Assembly (NCBI GenBank): GCA_905331295.1
Contig: CAJNYD010000547.1
Span: 62,001-107,910 of the forward strand
Direction: 5' to 3'
Length of the DNA stretch: 45,910 nt
DNA from: Rotaria socialis
Taxonomy: Eukaryota
Part shown: piece after piece, positions 1-14,482 of the stretch
How positions within the stretch are numbered: position 1 is the stretch's first letter
Layout of the letters: every line of letters begins with the position of its first letter
Translations under genes and position numbers: made by a program
Notes under the pieces: model-generated
What the model was told of the DNA's origin: nothing
What the model saw: the letters and a program-made list of their open reading frames with translations, nothing else
Database searches by the model: none

Positions 1-3000
1 GAAATAAGATCTTTTACTTTAACATAAGTTTTATTTAATTGTTTAGCTTGTTGATAAGTTTTGTACGATAAAGAATTGTCGTTACGAAAATTTGCTTGAA
101 TAAAATTTGTAAAATCTTCAAAAAGATTTCGCTTACTTAATAAAGACATTGATCGATCGTTTCTAAATAGAAAGACAAAATATTATAGAATATGTAGCTA
201 AGTTATTGTCAAATTCAATTTCTAATCCATAAACAAAACAAAAAAGGCACAACGTCATCTTCGATAGATGATATCGAATAATATATTTACTTGCTTGAGT
301 TACATTGGAAAGTATTCAACGATAACTCATGCATAGAATATTGCCAGAGGCGAAGGATCACAATAGGACTAGTCGATTTTATTTCTAGCAAAGTCGAGAT
401 TGAATACTCTACGTCGCCGTGATCAGTAGAAAAATCTATTTTTACTTAGGATAATCTCTCAATTGTATTCTATGAATTGAATCTATTTAAACAGTAAAAA
501 CGTATATAAATCTTACTTCAATCTTCCAGTCATAGGTTCTAATAATTCCATTGTATCAGGTACTGTAAGATTCCATGCAAATGCGCTTGTTTGAAGTTTA
601 GCTACTTGTCTTTCTTGTTGAAATGATTTTGTTTTCGGACAATCAATATCAGGTAAATTACATACATATGGAGATGGTAATGAATTTAGATGTTCACTTA
701 AACGTTGACATAATGAATATTTTACATAATTACGATCGAATGTTGTTTCACATGCTAATGTTATTGTATCAAGATATATTGGTTTCGTAAGAATATTGAT
801 TAGGAGACCACCTTGAATACCTAAGATATTCCATCGATAGATTTTATCACTACATGATTTTATTGAATATTTGCTTGAACTTGTTGAACCCAGTATCGTA
901 CCTTCCTTTGTACCTTGTTTATAACGTAGAGAATTCGATGACATATTAAAAGAAGCATTACCACATGGTAACGATGATATAAACATATGAAATGTTATAT
1001 TTTCATGAAGTTCATATTTATTACTCGTTGAATTATATGCAAAAATAGAGGATTTATTATTATCTTTTGATTGTTTAATTTGTTCGAATAAAAATCTAAT
1101 AAGACCACGCCGTACAAGTATTTCAGCATGGCAATCATGTAATGTTGTTCCATCGTCAGCATAATTAAGATTTGTTTCATCAAGACAAGAATTTCCTGTA
1201 GCAATACTAATGACACGTGCTTGTTCATATTGTCCATCAGTTATCATCAACATGCATGCAAGAGTTTTTCGACCAAGTAACAATTCATTGATGTTTAATT
1301 CCTGAAATGCCGATATAGATCGATGCGCGATATAATCATGTTTATGAGAAAATTCAAGGGAACATTGTTCGTTTTTGCATGACTCACGATATAGAATACG
1401 TAGAGCTTGATCACATGCTAATTTTTGAGCTTCATTCTTAGATGTACACTGGATTGCAGATGGAAATGAACGAGTATCAATTGAAATTATACATGTAAAC
1501 GATGATGGTAAAATAGTAGAAAATTCATAGGCTATTGTAAATTTCTTCTGTTGTGCGTATTCATTTAAAGAAGATAAGCAATTTGCACTTTGTAAAATAG
1601 ATAGAAGTTCATGACTTGAAAATAATGTATTAGTGTTTGACATAAATTGTGTTTGTATCTGCTCTTCTTTGACTATCACATCTAATGAACTGTTAACAGA
1701 TGAAGATATTAGTTGTTTTTTGTCAGTTGTAGTTGTAGTATCGGTGGCATTTTCAATCGATGAAGAAATTATTTGCTCTTTTTCAGATGAAATAACTTTT
1801 TCTTCGAGTGAGAGGATAGGCCGATCTTCAACAGGCATTGGAATCATAGGAATAGATGATGTACAAACTTCAGGATCAGTACTCGGTTTCCGTAGAATAG
1901 TTATTTGATGTGGAATAGGATTAGACGTTGGTACAGACGAGTTATCAATGTCATTAGTTGGTTTTGTTCTTTTCTTTTCTTTTGGTTCGATTGTACGGAT
2001 TACTTTTGGTGAATTATGATATTCAGATAGTGTTGGTGTTGTTTTTGGTTTATTTGGATCATAGAGCTGTTTTGATTGAAAGCGATACTGAGCATAGGAT
2101 GTTTGCGGATTCAAATAATATGATCGTGGCCTAAAATAGTTTTTAGATGTAGAATTTAAGTATTGTGTTTGTATAAAAAAAAAATATATATATATATATT
2201 CGTGTCAAAGTTATCACGCTCACTCGGGTACTATATTATGCCTTTAACTTATGGAATATATTATTGCATGATAAGTAAAGAAATAATTGACTCTAAAAGT
2301 TGCTTACGTCCATACGTGAGGCGTCGACATCATATTGACTCCACGAGACTGCGTCATCATTCGTGAATTCATCATCGTATTAGAGTGTTGTGCATAAAAT
2401 GGATTGTACATTGAAGGATTACCGTATCGATGAGATGAACGTGAAGGTGGATAAATATGAGTCGGTGGTGCTGGATAAGTGCTATGATTCGGATTCGCTG
2501 TTAATGTATTACTAAAAACATATAACAATTAAGTTAGTCATTTAGAACAAAGACGGTTACTGACTTGACCATTTCTGGCTCTTTAAAAGTCACATGTTTT
2601 GTTCTTGATTTATTATTACTACTTGAAGATGATGAATCAGAAAAATTCGATGGGAAACTGTCTACATAGTATTCAGGTTGTTTTGTTGTCGTTTCTGATT
2701 TATATTTCATAGATACAGCTGATTGTTCATGTGATTGATTTGGCGTGTAAGGTCTTGATGATGGATAATAATTCTGTTCACATGTTGGATATTCTTGATG
2801 AGGTAGTCGAATCGACATCAATGGTTGAGTGAAAGCAACTAATTGTGCTTGAGTTTCAGGTTGATGTAGAATAGGTCTTGGACGGTTGTAGACTGTTGGG
2901 CGTACTGGTTGATGATATGAATTACTTGGATGTAGACGGAAGTGATTTGCATTTGAACGACATGTTGGCCTTGTATCATGTATAGATACTCTAGACATAG

Positions 3001-3323
3001 AAGTATTTATATCATCAAACTAAAGTATAATAGCATTGACGATATTATTTAATACAGATATAGAATTATATTTTACCGTATTACTCAATGTGGAATATTC
3101 GTTTTGAATTTCAATGAAATTTTTCGGTAATTCAGAACTTTCATTAGATATAAATGTGGATTCAGCATTGAGCTGAGAATTCTGCTAAACGATAGAGCCA
3201 TATATATTAATTTAATGACAAAAAAAGATGACATACAACTGATATAGTTGCGTTGAAATCACGATTTTTATTATTAGATAATAGAGTAGATGACTTTTCA
3301 GGGGTATTTTTTGTTTCATCCAT
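1..3323 (-). CDS. ADAR/ADAD-family dsRNA adenosine deaminase (one dsRBD + deaminase domain), 3' end off-window
   Basis: Exons approx 3323-3237, 3184-3077, 3019-2570, 2511-2308, 2130-517, 162-1. dsRBD (SSLNEYAQQ...TSKNEAQKLACDQAL) and deaminase motifs DCHAEI, LPCGN, SCSDKIYRWNILGIQG. Exon 162-1 splices in frame (SLLSKRNLFEDF...TYQQAKQLNKTY), matching the ADAR C-terminal helices. Confidence 0.9.
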
Positions 3324-4815
3324 TTATTTAGTAAATTCAAAACGAACAAAATTTATATTTTAGGCAAAAAATATTGAATTTAACTCAATTGCAATTGCTT
3401 CTACCTATCTTTTCTCCTTTTTTCTCTCGTTTCACATTGGTGAAAAGTTTTGAACAAATCCAAAACATACGGTATTCAAAAGATGGCAGTAATACTTACA
3501 AGGGATATTCTAATAGGAATAGATACATTTCATACATTCATCAAGATATTTTCTTTAGATTTGTGTTTTACATATCTTAAACGAATATAATTTTTTAATG
3601 GATTTTTTCGCTCTATATTGCATAAATGTATTTGTCCTTCATAGTTTCTTAAGAGTCAAAATGGTCACATATATCTACAACTTTCTGACAAGCAACTAAC
3701 TGAAATAAAACGTAAAGTAGTAGATCAACAAGAAAATATATCGTGACAAATGTATATTGATTATTATTGAATTGAAAATAATTGTATGCTTTGAGCATTT
3801 TTTAATTTTCTTCTTTTGTTCACAAATAAATTCAGAAGAATTAAGTAGAAGTGAGATTGTGTCATAGAGAATGAATTTGTAAGTCAAAAACAAGCATGTG
3901 TTTATTTTTTTGATCTTGTACAAATAATAGTTTCGATCGTCATCCTACAATTTAAACTATGATTTCAATCAAGCTCACAATGTATTTTCTTCACTAAAAT
4001 CTGATATCATACAATAATAATGACAATCGATAGGAACACAAAATAATACTGATCGTGATCATTTCGATCAAATCTATTTTTGATCCTATCTTAGCGATCA
4101 CAATGAAAAACGAGACATCAGTATTTGTTGATCAACTGAAACAATTATTTAGATTTAAAAGTGTGTACATCATTTTGGAAATTGGAGTACATTTCAAATA
4201 TGCGTTTGAAAATAAAGTTATATTACTTGAAACTATTTCTCTCATTCAAAAGAATATTTTATATTCAAATTTGTTTTCGATTTTTATTTTTTTGAATTAC
4301 TAATTGAGGATCATTAACATCCTGAACAGCACAACATTATTTTTTCTTTCTTGATCAGCTGTACGCATAATATGTGTATAAGCATATATGAACATATTCA
4401 TGTGAAGCAGAAGAATAAGACGAAAGAACGAAAAAGATATAGAAAAAACAGATCGTTCAGAACGAAACATCGAAAACGAAAAGCCTTTATTATTTTCAAG
4501 ATACATATAATAAATTTAGGATAATATCAGCTTCTGAAATTAATAAAAGGAGTACTCGCACGAAATTAATAATCCGTATCTTAAAAGATGTTCTGTTTTG
4601 TCCTCAGCCTTTTCCGCAAAAGAATTAGGTCAAAATAGTAGAAACTCTTTCTTTTCATATTATCAATGTCTAAAAGATAAAGATATTGTTCGATTAAGCT
4701 TAGAAATATCAAAAAGAAGGGTACTGGTTTGTTATCGCCCAAGAAAATTTTTTTATTTTTTGGAATGAGGGTGAAACAATTCAATAATATAAGGGGCGTC
4801 ATAGAATTGATAATG

Positions 4816-4915
4816 NNNNNNNNNNNNNNNNNNNNNNNNNNNNNNNNNNNNNNNNNNNNNNNNNNNNNNNNNNNNNNNNNNNNNNNNNNNNNNNNNNNNN
4901 NNNNNNNNNNNNNNN
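4816..4915. other. Assembly gap (100 N)
   Basis: Run of N; true size unknown. Confidence 1.
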
Positions 4916-5349
4916 TATTTCCCCCGAGACAAGCCAAGAGGAGCTAACATTTTAACCTTGTTAATTTGGTGGTGAGAGTTTTGTTTTGATGTAAAAATAT
5001 CTAGTCTTGTCAACTTACAATACAAACACCTCCATTGTAAGTAAGTAATTAATATTATATATTATGATTGCAAAAAAAAACACATATGCTATTGATAATT
5101 TTAAATGATATGACATTTATAGCTTGTCAAACTATGCTGAATACGGAAATCAAAACAAGAATGTAATTGGTCGATACTTCCTGAGAAATTGATGAAATAC
5201 ACTTGACTAAAAACATTGTTCAAACAGCATCGAAATAAACGAATGCACATCATATTTACAATCCATAATGTAGTCCATAAATGTGAGAACGATTTTATGG
5301 GGCGACTGTCCTTCAATAAGAAATTAGTTATAATTTTTCTTATGCATAC

Positions 5350-6283
5350 CTAACGGCTCCCACCGCTTTTAATTTCTCAAGTGCTAATTCTTTAGGAATT
5401 GTAGCTTCTTCTTCACATTCTTTGGCCATACACTCAGTTGGTGTCAAATCATGACTCATGCCACCTGCAGCCTTAGAAAATTGAATGAAGTAAAAAATGC
5501 ATTGCATATTTAAATGGTTAGGCGCATTGTTTAAGATTTCGTTTCTTACCATATTATCATACATGCCAGGAAAAGTTTGTTTTGTTGCTGATCGTTTTCC
5601 AATCCACATGTGCCATGTGCCATTTTCATCAATAACATATCCATTGACATGTGAACCATATTTTCGTATACCAAATATACCTAATCAGAAAGATTTGTTC
5701 TATTAATTAAATATCTAAAGTTTTCTTTTATTTCCACACTTGTAGCAGCTCGTTCGATTTTAAACAACGGTGGTTGGCTATAAGCTGATTTTACTAGATA
5801 CAACTGAGTATCAAAAAGAAAATAATACAAATTCGTTTTTAATTCTCGATCATTACTATATCATTCATACATACTTCATCTCGCCAACCTCGTAATGTTT
5901 TTAGACAATCTCGTGCACGCATATCATTTACAACTTGAGCAACAGCTTCTGAACGACTTTCATTAGTATTTAAATGCTCAGCTAATGTAAACCTGGAAAA
6001 AAGCTTTTTTTAGTTGTTGAAATTTCATTATACTTCTTCATATACCGATCTGAATGTTCAACGAAAACATTTGGATATCGGCGGAGTTGCTCTGCAGCAT
6101 CTTCACGAATCCATCCGATCTGTTGATCATTGCAAACAAACAATTTACATTTTGATTTGCTTGAATCTATTTAACAGAACTGCTATTCGAGCAAGTATAA
6201 GAAAGAAGATCAAAACCTGGTTGATGAAATGAATTAACACGTGCTAGAAGTCGCTTAGCACCCAATGACCATATTTCAGACAT
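5350..6283 (-). CDS. Nudix hydrolase (YJR142W / plant NUDT20-like), 3' exons not found (probably in the gap)
   Basis: Spliced translation MSEIWSLG...LRGWRDE/LY...KIERAA...FGIRKYGSHVNGYV...MWIGKRSATKQTFPGMYDNM/AAGGMSHDLTPTECMAKECEEEATIP (Nudix box). The last donor, at 5349, has no visible downstream exon. Confidence 0.85.
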
Positions 6284-6847
6284 CTGAAAGACAAGTAAGG
6301 TTATTTTGCTTTTTTGAACACTTCTCAATTGATAGTCAAGGTTAAGATTGATTCTTGATGGAAAGAATTCATTTGAGATTAAGGATTTGATGCATTTAGA
6401 GAAGTTTCCTGTGAAGATGTTGCAAAAAAATTCTGTACATTTCTACGGATTAAATTTTGCTGATAGTCAATAATTTTTATTTACTCTAAAAAAATTATTA
6501 TTCGACAAATTATATCATGAGAAGATGTCGAAGAAAAATCTTATTTCACAAAATCCAAAAGTCATAAACGAATATTTCTGTCATCTTGATTTTGGTGTAA
6601 CTAGTTGTCAAACATACTGCTTGAATAATTATATTTTAATGATATCAATAGAGTAAATATATATTCGAATTTCATAAGGGTCGACACATTACAATTATTC
6701 ACAAAAATATAAAATTAAATAGGTTATATATTTAATGTAATTTTGATTCGTAACTACTTTTATAGGTTTTTTTGCTTTTTTGCTTTCGTCATGGACAACA
6801 ACAAATCGACGGCGTGTCTGTCCATGCGCGCAAAACAAAACTATTCT

Positions 6848-7197
6848 ATTAGAACCGTTGCCGTCCAGGAGATTCAATCCGACCAGTGGATTCGATCGTT
6901 TTCGGCATCGGATCCTATGGATTCCGTTGCTTTTCGGTCGGCCCCATTGAATTCCGACGATTCCCTAACGAACGGGTGCCGGTCCGGTTTCCGCCGGAAA
7001 AATTCCGTTAAGTTTCGCAAAATTTTGACCCGGAATTCTTCGGAAATCGACGAAATCGATGAGAATTGATCGGAAATGGTCCGTCAAAATCTGGACCGGA
7101 ATCCGTTAGTTAGGAAATCATCGGAATTCAACGGAGCCGATCGGTTCCGACCGATTCCGATGTACCCTGATTCTCCTGGGCGGTTCCTGCTTCTAAT
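6848..7197. mobile_element. Foldback/MITE-like palindromic element
   Basis: Termini ATTAGAA..CCGTCCAGGAGATTCA and TGATTCTCCTGGGCGG..TTCTAAT are inverted. Inner arms ~6936-6990 and ~7088-7144 are near-identical reverse complements. Much richer in GC/CpG than the flanks. No clear TSD. Confidence 0.75.
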
Positions 7198-7506
7198 GTG
7201 TATAAAAAGAATATTTCGATGATAGTTTTTTTTAATATTAAAGAAGAGTCTAAAACCAACTAGAAAAATATTTCTCATATCTATTGTGCGTTGTAAAATA
7301 TATTTTATTTTTTCATTTAAAAAAATACTTGAAAACAAATTCCCATTATGTATTATACACTAACAATTAGTAACTTCTCGTTGAGTTTTTTTTTCTTGAA
7401 AAAAAAACCAGTAAAAATGCCTTCAAGAGCAGATTCTCTTATTAATAAAAAGGAAGAAGAAAACTCGTATCTAATTTCATTCATACGTAATTCCATTCGT
7501 CACTCT

Positions 7507-8520
7507 CTACAATTGTTTTACTTCATTATCATACAGTCGCACAGCAAAATTAGCTGGGAAAATTCCAATAGCACCATTCGATTTCTCAGCATATTCCCAG
7601 CCCTTATCGCGTTCATTGTCGTCTTCATTTTGAAAAGAAATAATCGATATGTATTCATCTTTAACTAAATCGAGTTCATCTTCATTTTCAGCTTCATAAT
7701 CGTGAATAACACGTGCTTGATGTAAAACTCTATATCCTATCGGTCTAGATGGTGATTCTGACGCAGCCGAAGGTGTTTTCTTGTGGGAGTCTTCAGTCGA
7801 TGATAATGATGATGATTGCATTTCTTTGTCATGATTATTTTCATTGTAATCTGAATTTGTTGAGAACTTTGCTGGACGTCTTCCAGCAAAAGCTGAGCAT
7901 ATTTTATAGTAAGCGTGGTAAAATTTACTATGCATGCCAACTACTTCTATTGTGGTCTGTACATAATAATCTTGCACATCGGCATGAAATTTTGCTAAAT
8001 TATCGCGCAATTTTTCATTAACTAGACTTAATGCAGATTTCAATTGATCCAAGTCAGTTTTTAAACGATCGACTTTAATTTGTTGGTCACGTTTCATACT
8101 GGCATGATAGTGTCTACGTGTTTTATCATAATCAGCTTGTAAATGAGTTTGTTCATCAATACGACCTTTCATGTTATCAAATTTGTCGAACAATAAATTA
8201 ATATTCGAATGCATTTGTTTGTTGAAACTTTGTAAATTTTCACCACGAACCCGTGCTAAATCAATGCATAATCTATCAACTGTTTGTGTTTGAGACCAGG
8301 AAGCATCAGTAAGTGACCGAATAAATTCAAAAAAGCGAATAGACGCATTGTCGAATACTAATGTAGCCTGAGTATACTTGTCAAATTCACGTTTAAATTT
8401 GGATAGTTTCGACTGTTCATCTTCGAAATGGCTAACAGCTTGCACGATGTCTGTATCAGTAGTTTTAGCATTGCTACCTGTTATTTGCTCAGTAAAATTA
8501 CGAATAAAAGATTTGGCCAT
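7507..8520 (-). CDS. Amphiphysin/BIN1-like BAR + SH3 protein, intronless (337 aa)
   Basis: First ATG at 8520 (MAKSFIRNF...). BAR-like start TTDTDIVQAVSHFEDEQ followed by a long helical region. C-terminal SH3 HDYEAENEDELDL...SFQNEDD...DKGW...GIFPANF resembles the amphiphysin SH3. Confidence 0.85.
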   Translation of the reverse strand: MAKSFIRNFTEQITGSNAKTTDTDIVQAVSHFEDEQSKLSKFKREFDKYTQATLVFDNASIRFFEFIRSLTDASWSQTQTVDRLCIDLARVRGENLQSFNKQMHSNINLLFDKFDNMKGRIDEQTHLQADYDKTRRHYHASMKRDQQIKVDRLKTDLDQLKSALSLVNEKLRDNLAKFHADVQDYYVQTTIEVVGMHSKFYHAYYKICSAFAGRRPAKFSTNSDYNENNHDKEMQSSSLSSTEDSHKKTPSAASESPSRPIGYRVLHQARVIHDYEAENEDELDLVKDEYISIISFQNEDDNERDKGWEYAEKSNGAIGIFPANFAVRLYDNEVKQL

Positions 8521-9676
8521 GTTTCTTTTGTTTGAAACAACCACTTGTACGTATTTACATAAGGTGCGAAAAAGAAGCAGCCATTTAACTACAAAGTCCA
8601 CATATACACGCACACAGACGTTTGATACTAAAGAATAGAAAAAGAAATACGACTACCTCTGATTACTAACTCAACAGTCAAACTCTATTGGTGTATTTTA
8701 GGTATTATAAAGACAACAAAAGAATCCACATAAATATTGATAGATGGAATTGCTGGAAAATGATGAAAATTCCAATGTGAAATTCAGCAAATCTACAATC
8801 ACAAGTTGACTAATTATGGGCGTTTTTTTTTATAAGTAAACAACATATAAAGCCATTATGTTAATAAATTTACGACGTTTATTTCGTTGAGTAGAACAAA
8901 GAATGTGCTTGATAAGCAATACACGCGAAGAAATTAAGAACAACGTGAACAAAAGATTACATAAGAGAGATGTTAATATAACTATATATGAATTCCATCT
9001 TTTCCTATGGGCGCAAGAAGAAATCGATAACACACACTATGTTTTAAATACATGCATACTTGAATTATTTAAATCATCGTTGCTGGTGTTATGCTATCGT
9101 ATCCTAAATAAGAAAATATATTAGCAAAATAAGAAAAAAAAACATGAATTCTGTTCTTTTACCTTGGTATACAAAAATTTTGCTAGGAAAATTCAACATT
9201 GCTTGTTTAAATTGAATCAAGGGTAGAAGAAGGAGAAAAATGAATATTTAGATAGAAAATATATCATATTGATCAGCATTTGATGCAAATTTGTGTATAG
9301 ATATAATAATAGATATGATTTCTGATCGATAATCGATGACAAAAAAATCGCTTCAATTTCATTTTCTATTTACACAAATGTTATCTTGAGTTTTCAAATT
9401 TTGATGAAGAAAAGAAGAAAAGAATCAAACGGAAGAAAGAAAAAGAAGAACTCCGCATGAACATCCATTGTCTGTTCGTTGTAGACAAAACATCGCACAC
9501 TAATACGAGCAGAAAAAAATAGATATGTAACAAATAATTGTACGTTTCTTTTTTTTAGATAGATAAAGAGAAAACAAAACAAAAACAAAACAAAAAATAT
9601 ATTAAACGAAAAATCTATTATGATTCAAAACCTGAGAGAAACTTGCGTATTTTTTTCAAATTTAACAATATGCATT

Positions 9677-9692
9677 TATATATATATATATG

Positions 9693-9723
<31 letters not shown>
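9677..9723. repeat. (TA)n microsatellite, imperfect
   Basis: TATATATA..TGTATATATA.. directly after the stop at 9724. Confidence 0.85.
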
Positions 9724-9724
<1 letters not shown>

Positions 9725-12063
9725 TAATCAATAACAATACATGAATCATTTGTGGTTGAAATGGTTGTTGATTTGTATCGTATTTCTTTTGAATTAAGTA
9801 TAAAGACTGTTTTAATTTTCCCTTCCAGCACATGCTGTTTGGGTGAATTAAAAAACTCTACAACACGTGTTAAAGTGGAATCTATTTCAGAATCATAAAT
9901 ATTCAACGATAGATCTCTATCATGTTCAAGCCAGTGAGAATGTAAAGCATCACTATTTGTTGTTTGTGCATCAACATATTCACGTTTTGAACAAACAAAG
10001 CATTTTAAATAAATACGTTGGTATGTTGGCGAAGATAAATCATCATTCTTAATATCATTATCATTGATACTAGTACAATTATTATTCACTGATTTTGCTC
10101 GTTTTGGTTGAATGACGTCGCTTGATGTTGATTTACGTTTAATAGTGGTTTTTTCTGTTGTCATTGTTGTGATAGTTGTCCTTGTCGTTGTTGTTTTATT
10201 CGTCGCTATTGATGATAATGAACGACGAGCTTTACAAGTTTTGCGTAATGATTGATCCGGTATTGACTATGATAGAAAAGAAATATTCTAGGTAAAAGAA
10301 ATATTATTTTCTCATATCAATAATACGAACGATCGATAAAGTGCTTCTTTTATCATCTTCAGTTGAATTTCGCATTATCTGATTGATTGCTGTTTGTTCC
10401 AAACGATCAAGTACAACATGGCATTGTAGAATTGAGTTGACATATTTAGTTATTGAGTTTCTACTTGGAATATTCCGAGATGTCTTAGGAGTCATATTGT
10501 TTGAAACTGTATAAAAGAAAATACATTTTGCTTTTTCAAGTGTCAAGAAAAGGATTTGAATTTGAACTTTCATAACCTGTTTTTCTAGATTTAAGTTTGA
10601 AAAAATCAACAAGTCCGAAACACAAAAAAAGTCAATTTTTTTCGATAATAATTATAGAAATTTGAAATATTGATTTTTTTCGAAAGATGAACATGTTGAC
10701 TACAGATTTACTAAATCATCTTGAGTCTATTTCTTTCATTATTAGTTATTTATCACTTCGATTAGGCCCGTATTTTCGTGGGCGATCTGCAATTGGTCAA
10801 CTTTATAAACATATTCAAAGGTTTTTAATAGGTGTCGTACGAAACACTTCGTTGCATAAAGTGTAGTTGACGTTATATCATACGAAAAAAGAAACCATGA
10901 ATGAAAGAAAAAAAGAGGAGCATCAATTTTATACTTTCACGTTTTCACATAGATATGATTTAAAATGTGAATGACGGGAGTTATGATGTACATGTGAGTT
11001 AAAGTTACAACAGATAAAATATGAAGTAGAATGAGTTCAGAGTCTTCAAACGAAAATCTAGGCAGTAATTTGTCTAATAGCACGATAAAATTTTAAACAT
11101 TTAACTTTGCTACTTTAAATAGTACTAAGGTTCATAAAAATATTTCAATGAGAATCTACTTCAGCTTATTACACTCAACTTTTAAGAAGATCTGAAAGAA
11201 TCTTAATATTAAGATTTCTATTCATGCCTTTTCTTTTCACCTACAGAGCCCAGTTAATTCTAGACTAAATTGACTTCGACTAAATGTATCTTCAGTGAGA
11301 GAAAAAAGGATTCGTTTCGTGATATCATTCACAATGTACAATTTTTGCTCCTTAAGCAATGCTTTCAAACTATCAATGTGTTGAAATATTAATTAATTTT
11401 ATGGTTACCTGTTTTTGATAATTTCTGTCGTTTTTTACTTCTGTTTAGTATCGATGTAGAACGTGCTTGTGTTACTGAACGTGGTAGAAGACTTTGTACT
11501 ATTATGTTTGGATCTGTCGAACAAAACCTGTCCAGATCGTTTGTAATCGATAAAAATTTTAAGAATGGTAATCGAATATACAAAGCTTGTCGAACACGAT
11601 TAATATTTTTTGGTAGAGGAAGTAGACACACTGGGCATGCCAATCGTTTTGTTAACGTTCGTAAATGTAGATTACGTACGATGGGTTTCTTAGTCTTAAG
11701 TCGAAGACCAACAAGTGATAGAAATTCTTCTTCGTCATGATCAGTCTCCATATGATAACCATCAACAAGGCCATCATTGTCATCTTCATCATCATCATCA
11801 TCATCACTTACAATATTCAGAATTTCATCACTGTTTGCGATGCCAATACTGTTAATGTGATGGTTATTATTATTCTCATCGCTTTTCATTATTTTTATAA
11901 TTGATGATTGATCAATATGTGATATGGTTACAGGAGAGCATAAAGCTGCTGATGGCGACGAATTAGTTCGACGAACAATTGGCGTAAATTGTGTTCTTGC
12001 TGTAGTCAATGAATGTTGGTAGAAAGCAGGATTTGACGTACAATATGCCATTGCTGCTGCCAT
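9724..12063 (-). CDS. Uncharacterised ~457-aa protein, putative nuclear zinc-binding protein
   Basis: Exons 12063-11409, 10506-10331, 10266-9724 join in frame at GT-AG sites (1374 nt). Acidic D-run, CPVC, basic RSKKRQK, CHVVLDRL, and C-terminal CFVC...HWLEH. Confidence 0.7.
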
Positions 12064-12857
12064 ACTAATCGATATAGATAAAAGAGATCGATAGAAAAAC
12101 GAATGAAATATATATATTAATATTTATATGAAGATAGAATAAAAATCAAGATGAATATGTTTATATCGAGTAATCTAAATAAAGAAATTAAAAATTAAAA
12201 ATAAAAAAATTGATTTTTGTCATGATTACAAAATCCCCCACAAATGACGCTTTAGAATTTTCTGCATGAGTAATAGATCGTGATTCAACTTTTTATTTAA
12301 ATCAAACGAAATAATTCACTATACACAAGAGAAAAAAATTCACAAAGTATGGAATTACTACATCTAAATGTAACCGTCGCGCCTCTAATGACTATTTAGT
12401 AAATATAACCGAATCGTGCATGAAAACAAAGATTTGTTCATCTGATCATGAATCTGACCGTTGTTTTCTTGGAAACAGATAGTAGCGCTCCACTGATAGA
12501 TCAATGATTGGCCTATTTTTCGCTTCAGAAAAAATTGAAACCTTTTTAAATTGAAAATAAAATAAACGAAATTCTTCAAAATATATTTTTTAAAATAGAA
12601 GTTTATTAAATTTATTAAAATATTTGGCTGTTACCATAACAACGTTTTCCCTGTTAAATCGTTGCATGGTGATGTCGCCAGCACAAATATTTGAAACAGT
12701 ATCAAATTTGCTTCAAAAATTATTTATTGTCTCAAACGGATAAGTTGTATGTATATATGCATAATAAATTACATAACTATGTATTTATTTAGTTTTTATC
12801 TAATACATTCTAGACCAAAGTTTATAGCAACTGTTTCATTTTGCACCTATCAGTAAC

Positions 12858-14482
<1,625 letters not shown>

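Noticed and set aside
6743..7338. ORFs 6743-7069 (+) and 7084-7338 (-) sharing RSAPLNSDD
   Set aside because: By-products of the DNA inverted repeat, not duplicated proteins.
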